The notes: generated by a model from the sequence alone, not told the origin. Numbered from the stretch's first letter, positions 43,499-53,852 are shown. The stretch: 64,000 bases of DNA from Amoebidium appalachense (GCA_963693365.1 CAVNZM010000010.1:2418001-2482000); one strand, 5' to 3'. Translations and numbers: made by a program.

Positions 43499-43528
43499 CC
43501 ACCGTGACACACACAACACGAACACACG

Positions 43529-43808
<280 letters not shown>

Positions 43809-43875
43809 TGGCTTCCCTGGCACGGCTCCACTAGGAAAAGATTCCTGACAGAATTCTCGAAAGGAGGGGGAAGGT

Positions 43876-43909
<34 letters not shown>

Positions 43910-44196
43910 GGGGGGTGGTGGAAGGGGGGGGGGGGGGGAGAGGGGGAGGGGAAGGGGGGGGGATAATAACCCCAAGGTTGAAACACCTCAAGATTCTAGA
44001 CCCTACCTCAAATTTATCTGTTTTCTTAAAACCTTACAGGTGAGTGAGTCACACCCCTGTACATGGTCATGAGAGGTCATTGGACCTAGTAACTCGTAAC
44101 CAACTTCCCCGGGCCCGACGACTCCGACCTTCCCTGCAACCGGAGCCCTGCCCCTTCCCCTCCTGGGTCCACGAGTTCCTATCCCTTCCCTTGGGC

Positions 44197-44227
<31 letters not shown>

Positions 44228-44258
44228 AGATCTCCCGTTCCGGAGCAACACTGGCAGA

Positions 44259-45290
44259 TTGGCCCCCCACTTTGCTCCGGCCGAGCTGCTTCGAGCCACC
44301 ACTACCCTGCAGGAATGCCAGGCCCTGAGTCTCAACCTCGACTCTCGGGCCTTTTACTCCCGGGTGCAAAAAGTGTTCATCGATTTCTGTGTGGCATCTC
44401 GGCTGCAATCCTCCTCCGGGTCCTCCCTCCCGGCCTCCCCACACACCGTGCAACTTTTTCTCGCCTGGTGTGCCCAACGAGGGGTACAGGCCTCTTCCTT
44501 AACCGGCTACAATTCGGCCATCACCAGGCTCCACCTCGACATGGGCCTCCCTGCTCCCTACCCCCACGACAAGTCTCTGGCCTGGTTCCTACGGGGGGTG
44601 GGCCGATGGCAGCTTTCTCACAACATCCGACCCCGCTCATCCACCAGGGAACCCCTCCTCCCCTCCCACCTCCACCTACTCCACGGCCAGTGCCCCACCA
44701 AGGCCTCCTCGGCCAATCTCCGGCTATGGACGGCCCTCATCGTCGGTTTCTGTGGTCTCCTCCGTTCAGGGGAATTTACCTCCAAGACCCTGACTTCTTT
44801 CGACCCGTCCCGTCACGTTAAACGGAAGGACGTGACCTTCAGCTACACCCCCACCGGTACTTTGTCCCATGCCACCCTCCACCTGCCAACCTCTAAGACG
44901 GATGTACAGGCCCGAGGTGTCAACGTCACCCTAGCTGCCCTGCCCCTCACCCACTTCTCCCCAGCCCATCTCCTCCGGCAGTTCCTGGATACAACGTCCG
45001 GTCAACCCGACGACCCCCTCTTCAGTCTCGGTGGCATCCCCTACACCAAGAGTGCTTTCTCTGCCGATTTCCGTGCCCTCCTCTCCCGGGCAGGCCTCTC
45101 ACCCTCCCGGTTTGCCGGACACAGCCTCCGCATCGGGGGGGCCACAGCACTGGCTGAGGCCGGGGTCGACGACTCCCGGATCAAACAACTCGGCCGGTGG
45201 TCCTCCGACTGCTTCCTGATCTATACCCGACTTCGTCCGGCCTCCATTGCTGCCACCACCACACGTGTATTCGCCTCTATTCTTAAGTGA
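44259..45290 (+). CDS. Tyrosine recombinase (phage-integrase fold) of the Ngaro/DIRS element; true start unresolved
   Basis: 343-codon open frame with an N-terminal core-binding domain (TVQLFLAWC...SSLTGYNSAITRLH) and a full catalytic set: LLRSGE (R), TSKTD (K), GHSLRIGGAT (HxxR), LGRWSS (W), FLIY (Y). Confidence 0.92.
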   Translation: MAPHFAPAELLRATTTLQECQALSLNLDSRAFYSRVQKVFIDFCVASRLQSSSGSSLPASPHTVQLFLAWCAQRGVQASSLTGYNSAITRLHLDMGLPAPYPHDKSLAWFLRGVGRWQLSHNIRPRSSTREPLLPSHLHLLHGQCPTKASSANLRLWTALIVGFCGLLRSGEFTSKTLTSFDPSRHVKRKDVTFSYTPTGTLSHATLHLPTSKTDVQARGVNVTLAALPLTHFSPAHLLRQFLDTTSGQPDDPLFSLGGIPYTKSAFSADFRALLSRAGLSPSRFAGHSLRIGGATALAEAGVDDSRIKQLGRWSSDCFLIYTRLRPASIAATTTRVFASILK

Positions 45291-45318
45291 AACCTTTGGA
45301 GCAAGCATACTGCTCTCG

Positions 45319-45376
45319 TGCCGTGGTTTACAACCATTGCAGGTTCACTTTCGTCCAAGGGGATGTCCCCCTAGAG
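45319..45376 (+). repeat. Split direct repeat B1 (58 bp) of the YR element
   Basis: tgccgtggtttacaaccattgcaggttcactttcgtccaaggggatgtccccctagag, identical to 52648-52705. Confidence 0.9.
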
Positions 45377-45455
45377 GCAACACACGTCCCGGAGTAGTTT
45401 TTCATAGAGGTTTTATTTGTGGAAATTATTGACATAAATATTTTTCTGGGTAAAC

Positions 45456-46380
45456 TGTTAATTTCTATAAGTATTTGGGATGTAAGCAGAGACACAGTGG
45501 TGCAGTGTGAAAACACCACAGACACACACAACAACAAAACACGGAACGATCGGAGCAGTGTACACAACAGACATCAATGTTTAGACACGACTGAACTGAA
45601 TTTATTCTGATCTTCGAATAAATACCTGAAATTCCTCTAAGTCCAATCCATACATGATTTCCGACCAGTCGGAAATCAGATCCATCTCTAATAGAAACCA
45701 ATCACTAAGAACCAATTGCTTTCAGAGAGATCCGGTACGCGGAGGCGTACACGATAGGACACAGACACTAGTTAGGATCAACTCGTGTCATCATCAAGGA
45801 AGTTCTAACCTATGACATACTGCAAAGACTCAGACATATCACACTTAACCTTGATGATTGGTTAAAGCCCGGCAACACATGAAAACTAAAGTGAATTAAT
45901 GAAGTCTAAACACACATGCTATTCTAAGTGTAGCCTAAGTGTGTTACCGTCCAATGAACACGTATTAAGTAACACAAATCTACCTAACATATATTAGTAG
46001 AAAAGAAATACGATTATACACATGAAGACAAGGAGAGAAAGAAAAGAAAATAAGGAAGGAGAAAGAGGAAGGAAAAGAGAGCACAGATCAACAAACAAGA
46101 TAGTAATAGCATAACTATAACCAGAGATATTTATGTACACACGAACATGTACACGTCTCTCCCTGAGTGGGTGGATCCGTGTACACACATATAAATATTC
46201 TAATCGATATTACAATACACGATTAAAGCCGATACAACACGATTACAAGTATACAAGCATATCGGAGATCGATGCTACACTTTACATAATAGGAGTGTGG
46301 CATTTACACTAAGCATATGAACTGAAACATAACACAAACTGAGAAGATCTTACCATATGTAAATACTACGTATTACAACA
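45456..46380 (-). repeat. 3' LTR of copia element 1
   Basis: 925 bp. No differences from 51281-52205 were seen in the segments compared by eye, and the ORF-track translations are identical. Confidence 0.95.
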
Positions 46381-46811
46381 TCCCCACTTAAGACTTTGAA
46401 GTTTGTGTTATCATATCCCCACTGAACTAGTGAAATCTCCCCACTTGAGAACAGAAACGGAAAAAAAAAAAATTAAAGTGTGTACTTTTCCCGGGGGGGG
46501 GGGGGGGGGGGGGGGGAGAGGGGGGGGGGGGAGGGGGGGGGGGGAAGGGGGGGGGGGGGAAGGGGGGGGGAAGGGGGGGGGGAGGGGGGGGGAAGGAACC
46601 GGGGCAAAAACAACGAATATATATAACGTGTATAGGCGGTGTTTGATTAACTGGGTTTTAAACCAGTGAAAGATAGAGTAGAGTGATGGTACAGGTCAAA
46701 CCTTATATATAAACCCTAAGTGGGCATACCCACAAAGGCAATACATATGATATAATGATGTTGATAAAGTAAGTAGTACACATGAGAAAATCACTCTTGA
46801 AGTAGGTCGGG

Positions 46812-49800
46812 TCAATCCACAATATCCGGTAAACAAAGTCGAGCACGATGGTGGACATGACTCGGGCCGGGGAGGGGTTTGGTGAGTATGTCAGCTAAGT
46901 TGTGGGCTGACTCAACGTAGTGGACAACCACGTCCCCACTGGCAATGTAGTCCTTGGTGTTGTGATACCGGACGGCAATGTGTTTGGTACGGTGCTTGAT
47001 GCCGGTGGAGTTGACGATGGCAATGGTCGACTGGTTGTCACAGTACACCGGAGTCGGAGCAAGCATGGGACAGCCGAGTTCCTGGAAGAGGTCACGGACC
47101 CAAGCAACTTCTTGGGTGCCAGCATTGAGAGCAATCAGCTCAGCTTCAGTGGTGCTGGTGGCCGTGATGGGCTGGAGCTTGGAGTACCAGATGACGGGCA
47201 TACCAGCAAACACGATAATGTAGCCGGTGGTAGACTTCTTGCTGTCGGCACAACCAGCAAAGTCAGCATCCGTGTAGCATTCGAGTATGGGGGACTGGGT
47301 GGCCGAGTACTTGTAGTCAATGCCAAGGTCAATGGTGCCGAGCAGGTACCGGGCCACACGACGGAGAAGGTCCCAGTGAGTCTTGCCGGGGTTGGTGCTG
47401 AACCGACCAAGGAAGCCGATGGCATAGGCAATGTCGGGACGTGTGCACCGTGCCACCCAGAGGAGACGGCCGAGTAACTCACGGTAGGGCACGGTGAACG
47501 GTTGGGGGGGGCAATCAGCCAGGGAGACGGTGGTGCCTGCAGGGATGGGGGTAGACTTGGACTTGGCATCGGTGAGGTTGAAGTCGTGGATGATATCCAT
47601 GATGTAAGACCTCTGGTGCATGTGGAGGTGATGGGGATCAGAGTGATTAAAATCAACACCGAGCATACGGTCAAATGGACTCATACGACAGCTGGCCATC
47701 TTGCTGATGTGGGCAGCCAGGTCACTGGCAGCAGTAGAACCCCGGGTGTTGGTGATGGTGGAGTCATCGACGTAGTTACCAGCCCGTACCACATCGTTGT
47801 TGGGGAAGAACCGGAGGTAGATGCACGGGTCGGTCTTAGTACGGGTCAGGCCATGGGCAAGAAGAATGCCGTCGAGGAAGTCGTACCAAGCCTTGGAGGC
47901 TTGCTTGAGGCCGTACAGGGCTTTCTTGAGTCTCCAGACCTTGCCAAGTGTGGCCATGGTGATGAATCCCGGGGGTTGTTTCATGTAGATGGTCTCGGTG
48001 AGTGGGCTGTTGAGAAAGGCCGTAGACACGTCGAGTTGATGTATGTCATGACCTTCAACAACGGCCAGAGCTAGGATGGCACGGAGAGCAGCCGGACGGA
48101 TGACAGGGCTCTCAATCAACTCATAGTCAACACCGTATTGCTGACTGAAGCCTTGAGCAACACCACGTGCCTTGATCTTGGTGTCACCAGCCGAGTTGAG
48201 AGTTTTCTCGGAGACAATCCACTTGAAGCCGACGATGTTAGCACCAGGGGGAGGGTCAACAAGTTCAAAGATGTCTTTGTCGACGAAGGCTTGATACTCA
48301 GCAGTCAGGGCTGACTTGACCTGATCACCATTGGGTCCGGAACAGAGTTGACGGACAAGTTTGGGTAGTTGGTCGATGTTGATGGGGGGACCGGGGGGGA
48401 CTGGCAGGGTGGTGGTGGCTTGAAGTCCAACCTTGCCCTGGAGACGGGCAGAACGACGGGGTGCAGGAACCGGGGTAGGTGGAGACGGTGGGGGGGGAAC
48501 TTGGAAGTTCGGAAGTGCAGGGGGGGCAACCTCCGGGCTGGACGGGGCCGAGTGGAAGTTGTCGGGGGAGCCGGGTCGGATGGGTGTGACGTTGCCAGGG
48601 CCAGGATGAGGGTCGGCAGGCTGGACGGGCACGGGGGCAGGGGGGCCGGTGGGGGGGGGTGTCGGGGGAACGACGATGGCAGGAGGGGGGCCAGAGTACA
48701 CCAGACAAACATCATCTTCAGTGTCAACTGTGGGGGGTGGGGTGGTCGAGGTAGCAGTGGTGTCGGGGGTCGGAAGGGTTGATGGAATGTCGGACGGGAG
48801 ATAAGCTGATTCGTCGAAAATCACATCACGGAAGAGGCCGACACGATGGGTGGTGGCATTGAAGATCCGGTGGCAGTGTGATTGAAGATCATAGCCGATA
48901 TACATGCCGAGTTTGACGGTGGGGGCCAGCTTGTTCCGTTTAGAGGCTGGCACGTGAGTGTAGGCAGGGCAACCGAACACTTTGAGCTCGGAGATGTCGG
49001 GCTTGACACCGTAGAAAACCTCGAATGGTGTACGACCATTGGCAGTCGTGGACGGGGTGACGTTGATGATGTAGGCGGCATGTTGGAGGGCCTCAGCCCA
49101 CAGTTTGGGAGACAGAGACTGATCTTGGACTTGATGGAGGAGGCAACGGACAATCTCTTGGAGGAACCGCATACGTCGTTCAACATAGCCGTTCAGTTGA
49201 GGGCAGTCCACCGGAGCATAGCTGGCCTTGATGCCCTGGGAGAGGCAAAAAGCACGGGTATCCTTGGAGGTGAACTCAGAGCCGGAGTCGAAGTGGTAAA
49301 CACCAACTTTGGAGGGGGCATGGGTGGCAACGAGGTTGGTGTGAGCTGTGAGAATATCCAGGGTGGTGGTACGGTCGGCCATCGGGTAGATCTTGACGAG
49401 GCCAGAGGCACGGCAGACAGTGACGAGAGCAACCTTGGAACCTCCGTACGATGTTGTGGTAGGCTCAAAAAAATCCCAATGCCATTCATGACCGGGGATG
49501 TTGGAGTGAGGACGGTCACCCCTGAACGGAGCCTTGGTGGTCTTACCCATAATGCAGCCATGACAATCAGGAACATCACAGTCGAGGACAGAGGAGGGGA
49601 GACCAATAACAAGGTCGTGTTTCACCATGTCCTTGATGCTGGTCATAGCTCGGTGCCCCAGACGATGGTGCCAGATGGATGGGTTAACACTGGTAGTGGC
49701 AGCCAGAGCCACAGGACGAGTGGGTGGTTGAATGGTGTAGTCCTTGAAGTAATACAGACCGTTGTGTAGACGGAGGTTGACGAGATGACGGCCGGTGAGT

Positions 49801-51218
49801 CGGTCGAAGAGGAATGACGGAGTGGAGGCATCGTTCAAATCACCCTTGATGTATTCGGCAGCAGCTTGGGATGTTGAAATGAGGAAGGCTTGGCCAGACG
49901 GGGTGTAGTAGGCTTCAATGGTTAGGGTGGTAGTGCCATGGTCGGTGGTGGTGTTGATGACGATATGGCCGGTGTGAGTGGCCAAGACGGGGGTGCCATT
50001 GAAGGCAGCAACGGGAGTCGGTGTCGGAAGGGGAGTGAGGTCATGGAAGAACTCACGGGTGGGGCAAACAGTCATGTTGCACCCGGAATCCCAGGCAGGG
50101 TCGGAGGACACGGGGACGGAGCTAGCATTGTATGCCGAGAAAGCAAAGGAGACAGATTTCTCACTGCCTTGACGGGAACGGTTGTGTCTGGACATACGGC
50201 ATTTCGGCTCAGGGCAATCGATGATCGTGTGATCAGGCTCGTGGCAGTAGGAGCATTCTTTCACGGACGGGGTGTTAGAACGAGCCGGGGAATCAGAACG
50301 ACGGGAACCCGAGAAACGGGAACGACTGGGGGAACGAGACGTGGACCGGAAGGCAGGCCGGTGGGGGGAACGGGATCGGGTGTGCTGACGGGAGAGACGA
50401 GTTCGGAGGTCCGTGCCAGAGGTACGGTCAAGTCGGGTGCGTAAGTCACGGCGAGGAAGATCACGGGGGGGAGCACTGGCATTTAATGCCATGCTGGACT
50501 TGGAGGCACGGTGGGCACGGTTGTTCCGGAGTTGCATCTTGAGGTCTTGACGTAACTCGATGCCCTTGACGTGGTTATGGAGGGACTCGAAGTCGGGGAA
50601 TAGCTTATCACCGAAGTGATAGTCTTCGATAAGACGATTGAACTCAGGGGTGAGGTCGTCTCTGGTGGTGAGTTCATTGAAGAACTTCTCAGCTAGACGA
50701 GTGAAGTGAATGGACTCATCTTGGAGAGACTGGAGCTGGTTCACGATGGTCTGCAGACGGCTCAGGTAGGTGGTGAATGATTCACCGGGCTGAAGGGCAC
50801 AGGCATCCCACTGACGGTGAAGGATGCGGATCTGATCGGGTTTGCCTTGGAGATAGTGTTGACGGAATTTCCACATGGCCCGTTCAGGGTCCATGCCAAT
50901 ACGGTACTGGGCAACGGTGGTGAGGACGGAAGGGTCGATGTTCTGTATCATATGGAGCAGGAGGCAATTGCGGGCCTCTTTGAGTTCCGCGGTAGTGCCG
51001 TAGCCATAGAAGGGGGGTTCACCGTCAACCGCGACGGTGGTAGGGGGGACGTAGTTGTCAGCAAGGACAACATCCACGAGTCGGACACCTTTAGTGCCGG
51101 TCATCATGCCGAGAAAAATGATTTCCCATTGAAAATAGGTAGTTTTGCTATCGGGACCAGTCTTCCCTTCACCTTTCCACATGGTGATTTTGTTTACGCC
51201 AGTTTTGTTTGGATCCAT
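46812..51218 (-). CDS. Copia gag-pol polyprotein, 1468 aa from the first ATG after the PBS
   Basis: MDPNKTG start; gag; zinc knuckle CSYCHEPDHTIIDC; protease AWDSGC; WHHRLGH and CHGC; integrase WDFF/FDSGSEF/NGYVERR; RT KARGVAQGFSQQYGVDY, LDVSTAFLN, LKKALYGLKQA, YVDD; RNase H YTDADFA, EAEL, CDNQS, NLADILTK. Confidence 0.96.
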   Translation of the reverse strand: MDPNKTGVNKITMWKGEGKTGPDSKTTYFQWEIIFLGMMTGTKGVRLVDVVLADNYVPPTTVAVDGEPPFYGYGTTAELKEARNCLLLHMIQNIDPSVLTTVAQYRIGMDPERAMWKFRQHYLQGKPDQIRILHRQWDACALQPGESFTTYLSRLQTIVNQLQSLQDESIHFTRLAEKFFNELTTRDDLTPEFNRLIEDYHFGDKLFPDFESLHNHVKGIELRQDLKMQLRNNRAHRASKSSMALNASAPPRDLPRRDLRTRLDRTSGTDLRTRLSRQHTRSRSPHRPAFRSTSRSPSRSRFSGSRRSDSPARSNTPSVKECSYCHEPDHTIIDCPEPKCRMSRHNRSRQGSEKSVSFAFSAYNASSVPVSSDPAWDSGCNMTVCPTREFFHDLTPLPTPTPVAAFNGTPVLATHTGHIVINTTTDHGTTTLTIEAYYTPSGQAFLISTSQAAAEYIKGDLNDASTPSFLFDRLTGRHLVNLRLHNGLYYFKDYTIQPPTRPVALAATTSVNPSIWHHRLGHRAMTSIKDMVKHDLVIGLPSSVLDCDVPDCHGCIMGKTTKAPFRGDRPHSNIPGHEWHWDFFEPTTTSYGGSKVALVTVCRASGLVKIYPMADRTTTLDILTAHTNLVATHAPSKVGVYHFDSGSEFTSKDTRAFCLSQGIKASYAPVDCPQLNGYVERRMRFLQEIVRCLLHQVQDQSLSPKLWAEALQHAAYIINVTPSTTANGRTPFEVFYGVKPDISELKVFGCPAYTHVPASKRNKLAPTVKLGMYIGYDLQSHCHRIFNATTHRVGLFRDVIFDESAYLPSDIPSTLPTPDTTATSTTPPPTVDTEDDVCLVYSGPPPAIVVPPTPPPTGPPAPVPVQPADPHPGPGNVTPIRPGSPDNFHSAPSSPEVAPPALPNFQVPPPPSPPTPVPAPRRSARLQGKVGLQATTTLPVPPGPPINIDQLPKLVRQLCSGPNGDQVKSALTAEYQAFVDKDIFELVDPPPGANIVGFKWIVSEKTLNSAGDTKIKARGVAQGFSQQYGVDYELIESPVIRPAALRAILALAVVEGHDIHQLDVSTAFLNSPLTETIYMKQPPGFITMATLGKVWRLKKALYGLKQASKAWYDFLDGILLAHGLTRTKTDPCIYLRFFPNNDVVRAGNYVDDSTITNTRGSTAASDLAAHISKMASCRMSPFDRMLGVDFNHSDPHHLHMHQRSYIMDIIHDFNLTDAKSKSTPIPAGTTVSLADCPPQPFTVPYRELLGRLLWVARCTRPDIAYAIGFLGRFSTNPGKTHWDLLRRVARYLLGTIDLGIDYKYSATQSPILECYTDADFAGCADSKKSTTGYIIVFAGMPVIWYSKLQPITATSTTEAELIALNAGTQEVAWVRDLFQELGCPMLAPTPVYCDNQSTIAIVNSTGIKHRTKHIAVRYHNTKDYIASGDVVVHYVESAHNLADILTKPLPGPSHVHHRARLCLPDIVD

Positions 51219-51266
51219 GATTGAAAAACGAGCGCGAGTTCTAGATGTGTGTAGGGAGCGTACAAA

Positions 51267-51280
51267 AGGGCTGCATAACC
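51267..51280 (-). other. Primer binding site of half-tRNA (Ty5/Drosophila copia) type
   Basis: GGTTATGCAGCCCT directly after the LTR terminal CA. It resembles the GGTTATGAGCCCT-type PBS complementary to the tRNAiMet anticodon arm, with one extra C. Confidence 0.7.
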
Positions 51281-52205
51281 TGTTAATTTCTATAAGTATT
51301 TGGGATGTAAGCAGAGACACAGTGGTGCAGTGTGAAAACACCACAGACACACACAACAACAAAACACGGAACGATCGGAGCAGTGTACACAACAGACATC
51401 AATGTTTAGACACGACTGAACTGAATTTATTCTGATCTTCGAATAAATACCTGAAATTCCTCTAAGTCCAATCCATACATGATTTCCGACCAGTCGGAAA
51501 TCAGATCCATCTCTAATAGAAACCAATCACTAAGAACCAATTGCTTTCAGAGAGATCCGGTACGCGGAGGCGTACACGATAGGACACAGACACTAGTTAG
51601 GATCAACTCGTGTCATCATCAAGGAAGTTCTAACCTATGACATACTGCAAAGACTCAGACATATCACACTTAACCTTGATGATTGGTTAAAGCCCGGCAA
51701 CACATGAAAACTAAAGTGAATTAATGAAGTCTAAACACACATGCTATTCTAAGTGTAGCCTAAGTGTGTTACCGTCCAATGAACACGTATTAAGTAACAC
51801 AAATCTACCTAACATATATTAGTAGAAAAGAAATACGATTATACACATGAAGACAAGGAGAGAAAGAAAAGAAAATAAGGAAGGAGAAAGAGGAAGGAAA
51901 AGAGAGCACAGATCAACAAACAAGATAGTAATAGCATAACTATAACCAGAGATATTTATGTACACACGAACATGTACACGTCTCTCCCTGAGTGGGTGGA
52001 TCCGTGTACACACATATAAATATTCTAATCGATATTACAATACACGATTAAAGCCGATACAACACGATTACAAGTATACAAGCATATCGGAGATCGATGC
52101 TACACTTTACATAATAGGAGTGTGGCATTTACACTAAGCATATGAACTGAAACATAACACAAACTGAGAAGATCTTACCATATGTAAATACTACGTATTA
52201 CAACA
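51281..52205 (-). repeat. 5' LTR of copia element 1
   Basis: 925 bp, TGTTG...TAACA on the minus strand, followed by the PBS. Confidence 0.95.
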
Positions 52206-52647
52206 TAAACACGTAGGATGGGTGTTCGATACCAACATAACCATGTAGGCTTCATTTCGTGTTTTAGCAGTTAGCGGTTGGCTGCCCGCACACGGGCACC
52301 TATTAGCCAGTCAAAACATCAGATACCACAGATCACTAGACCGAGTTATGATTGGCTCGGATCAGATTTCACATATCACTAGATCGATTTTTGATTGGTT
52401 CAGATCGGTAGGCTTAGGTATATAAGCACGACAGTTTTTAGCAGATCAGCAAGCTACAAACACATCTTCTGTGTTTAGCATCCACAGCCTTACAGCTATA
52501 TATTCCTTTTCACCCACCCACCTACACCCACACACAACCCCCATTGATCCACACATACGTGCTGTTTTTTTTTCACGGGGCGAAGCCTTCCCCCGTTTTT
52601 TTTGGGCACATGGACCTCACGGATCAATAAATTGATGACTGGGGGCT

Positions 52648-52705
52648 TGCCGTGGTTTACAACCATTGCAGGTTCACTTTCGTCCAAGGGGATGTCCCCC
52701 TAGAG
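52648..52705 (+). repeat. Split direct repeat B2 (58 bp), 3' terminus of the YR element
   Basis: Identical to 45319-45376 and preceded by AATAAA near 52626. Confidence 0.9.
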
Positions 52706-52714
52706 TATATACAG

Positions 52715-53191
52715 TGTTACAAACGTGGTATCTTTAATGCATACATGATTGTACAACGTTGGTACACAATGACACCATAATGGTACATATTGGTATAACT
52801 GTTTGATATACCGGGGTAACCATTATATACCATTACGGTAACACCATCTTACCACGCCGGACACCGAACGGATACATTTGTTGACATTGTGTTGCCATAA
52901 ATTTAAGTTTATTTTACATAGTGGTGACACATTCGTACCAATATGCCAAATTCCTGTATACCACGGGATAACACAGGAGTCACCAATGCCGAAGTTGGTT
53001 TATCGTTTCACATTCCCAAGTATAAAAGGGACCTCATCTTGAAATAAATCACAAGCAGTCGTATTCATTTCCTATGGTTCCAGAAATCGTTCCTCCTCTC
53101 CGGTTGTGTTTTTCCCGTGTGTCTCTGTGTTGTGTATATCATAACACCCATTTGTGCTCTCTGCTTCTCCGTTTACCCACACAAAATAACA
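52715..53191 (+). mobile_element. Putative solo LTR (477 bp) of a third family
   Basis: TGTTA...TAACA inverted ends, TATAAAA at 53021 and AATAAA at 53043. Its right end coincides exactly with the truncation point of the second YR copy. Flanks (TACAG and TGTAC) do not form a target duplication and there is no second copy in the window. Confidence 0.6.
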
Positions 53192-53852
53192 TGTACCCCT
53201 CGTTGGGCACACCAGGCAAGAAAGAGCTGCACGGTGTGTGGGGAGGCCGGGAGGTAAGACCCGGAGGAGGACTGCAGCCGAGATGCCACACAAAAATCGA
53301 TGAACACTTTTTGCACCCGGGAGTAAAAGGCCCGAGAGTCGAGGTTGAGACTCAGGGCCTGGCATTCCTGCAGGGTAGTGGTGGCTCGAAGCAGCTCGGC
53401 CGGAGCAAAGTGGGGGGCCAATCTGCCGGTGTTGCTCCGGAAGGGGAGATCTGGGGGGGGGGGGGGGTTAGCCCAGGGGATAGGATAGGAACTCGTGGAC
53501 CCAGGAGGGGAAGGGGCAGGGCTCCGGCTGCAGGGAAGGTCGGAGTCGTCGGGCTCGGGGAAGTTGGTTACGAGAAATGGCATCGGCTAGATGGTTGAGG
53601 GGTCCCGGTAGGTAGGAGGCCTGTAACGTAAATTGGTATTGCATTTCCATGCGGGTGATGAACCGAATAAGTTTGGCCATCACGGGGTGGGGGGAAGACC
53701 GGGAGTGCAGGTCCGACACAGCACCCGTGTTATCGCATAAAATACGGACATGGTGGGTGGACCAAGAGGGGGCCCAGAGGGCCACGGCGGCTGCTATGGC
53801 CAAGAGTTCGATGACGGAGGAACCGAGTTTACCCTCATGGGCATAGAGGGCT
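53192..53852 (-). pseudogene. Fragment of a second Ngaro/DIRS copy: RNase H C-terminal half overlapping the start of the tyrosine recombinase frame
   Basis: ELLAIAAAVALW...VRILCDNTGAV...YLPGPLNHLADAISRNQ is a DIRS-type RNase H. The overlapping frame MPFLVTNF...LAPHFAPAELLRATTTLQ...FLAWCAQRGV is nearly identical to the start of the YR region at 44093-44488. Confidence 0.88.

Larger units (their letters stand above)
45456..52205 (-). mobile_element. Full-length Ty1/copia LTR retrotransposon (6750 bp), apparently intact and recent
   Basis: Two 925-bp LTRs with TG...CA ends, a 5-bp target duplication TAAAC (45451-45455 and 52206-52210), PBS at 51280-51267, PPT TAAGTGGGGA at 46390-46381, and a single gag-pol ORF in PR-IN-RT-RH order. 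Confidence 0.97.
44093..52705 (+). mobile_element. Ngaro/DIRS-order tyrosine-recombinase retrotransposon, 5'-truncated, interrupted by a nested copia element
   Basis: Begins with the tail of the RNase H frame (RNQLP...LQPEPCPFPSWVHEFL, stop at 44197-44199), followed by the YR ORF. A 58-bp exact direct repeat (45319-45376 and 52648-52705) brackets a promoter-like A region with ATTGG motifs, TATATAA and AATAAA. This matches the B1-A2-B2 split direct repeat end of Ngaro-type elements. Homology to the second copy starts at 44093. Confidence 0.8.

Noticed and set aside
43975-44046. Donor-like CAG|GTGAGT upstream of the YR acceptor, suggesting host capture of the recombinase
   Set aside because: The phase needed to join the YR frame has a TAA at 44027-44029 and no ATG, so no coding fusion is supported.
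44259-45290. Interpretation as a prophage integrase or Crypton DNA transposon
   Set aside because: The overlapping DIRS-type RNase H tail and split direct repeats identify a YR retrotransposon.
46895-51435. Antisense and alternative-frame ORFs over the copia polyprotein, and the 51392 start inside the LTR
   Set aside because: Shadow ORFs from codon bias. The credible start is the ATG at 51218, downstream of the PBS.
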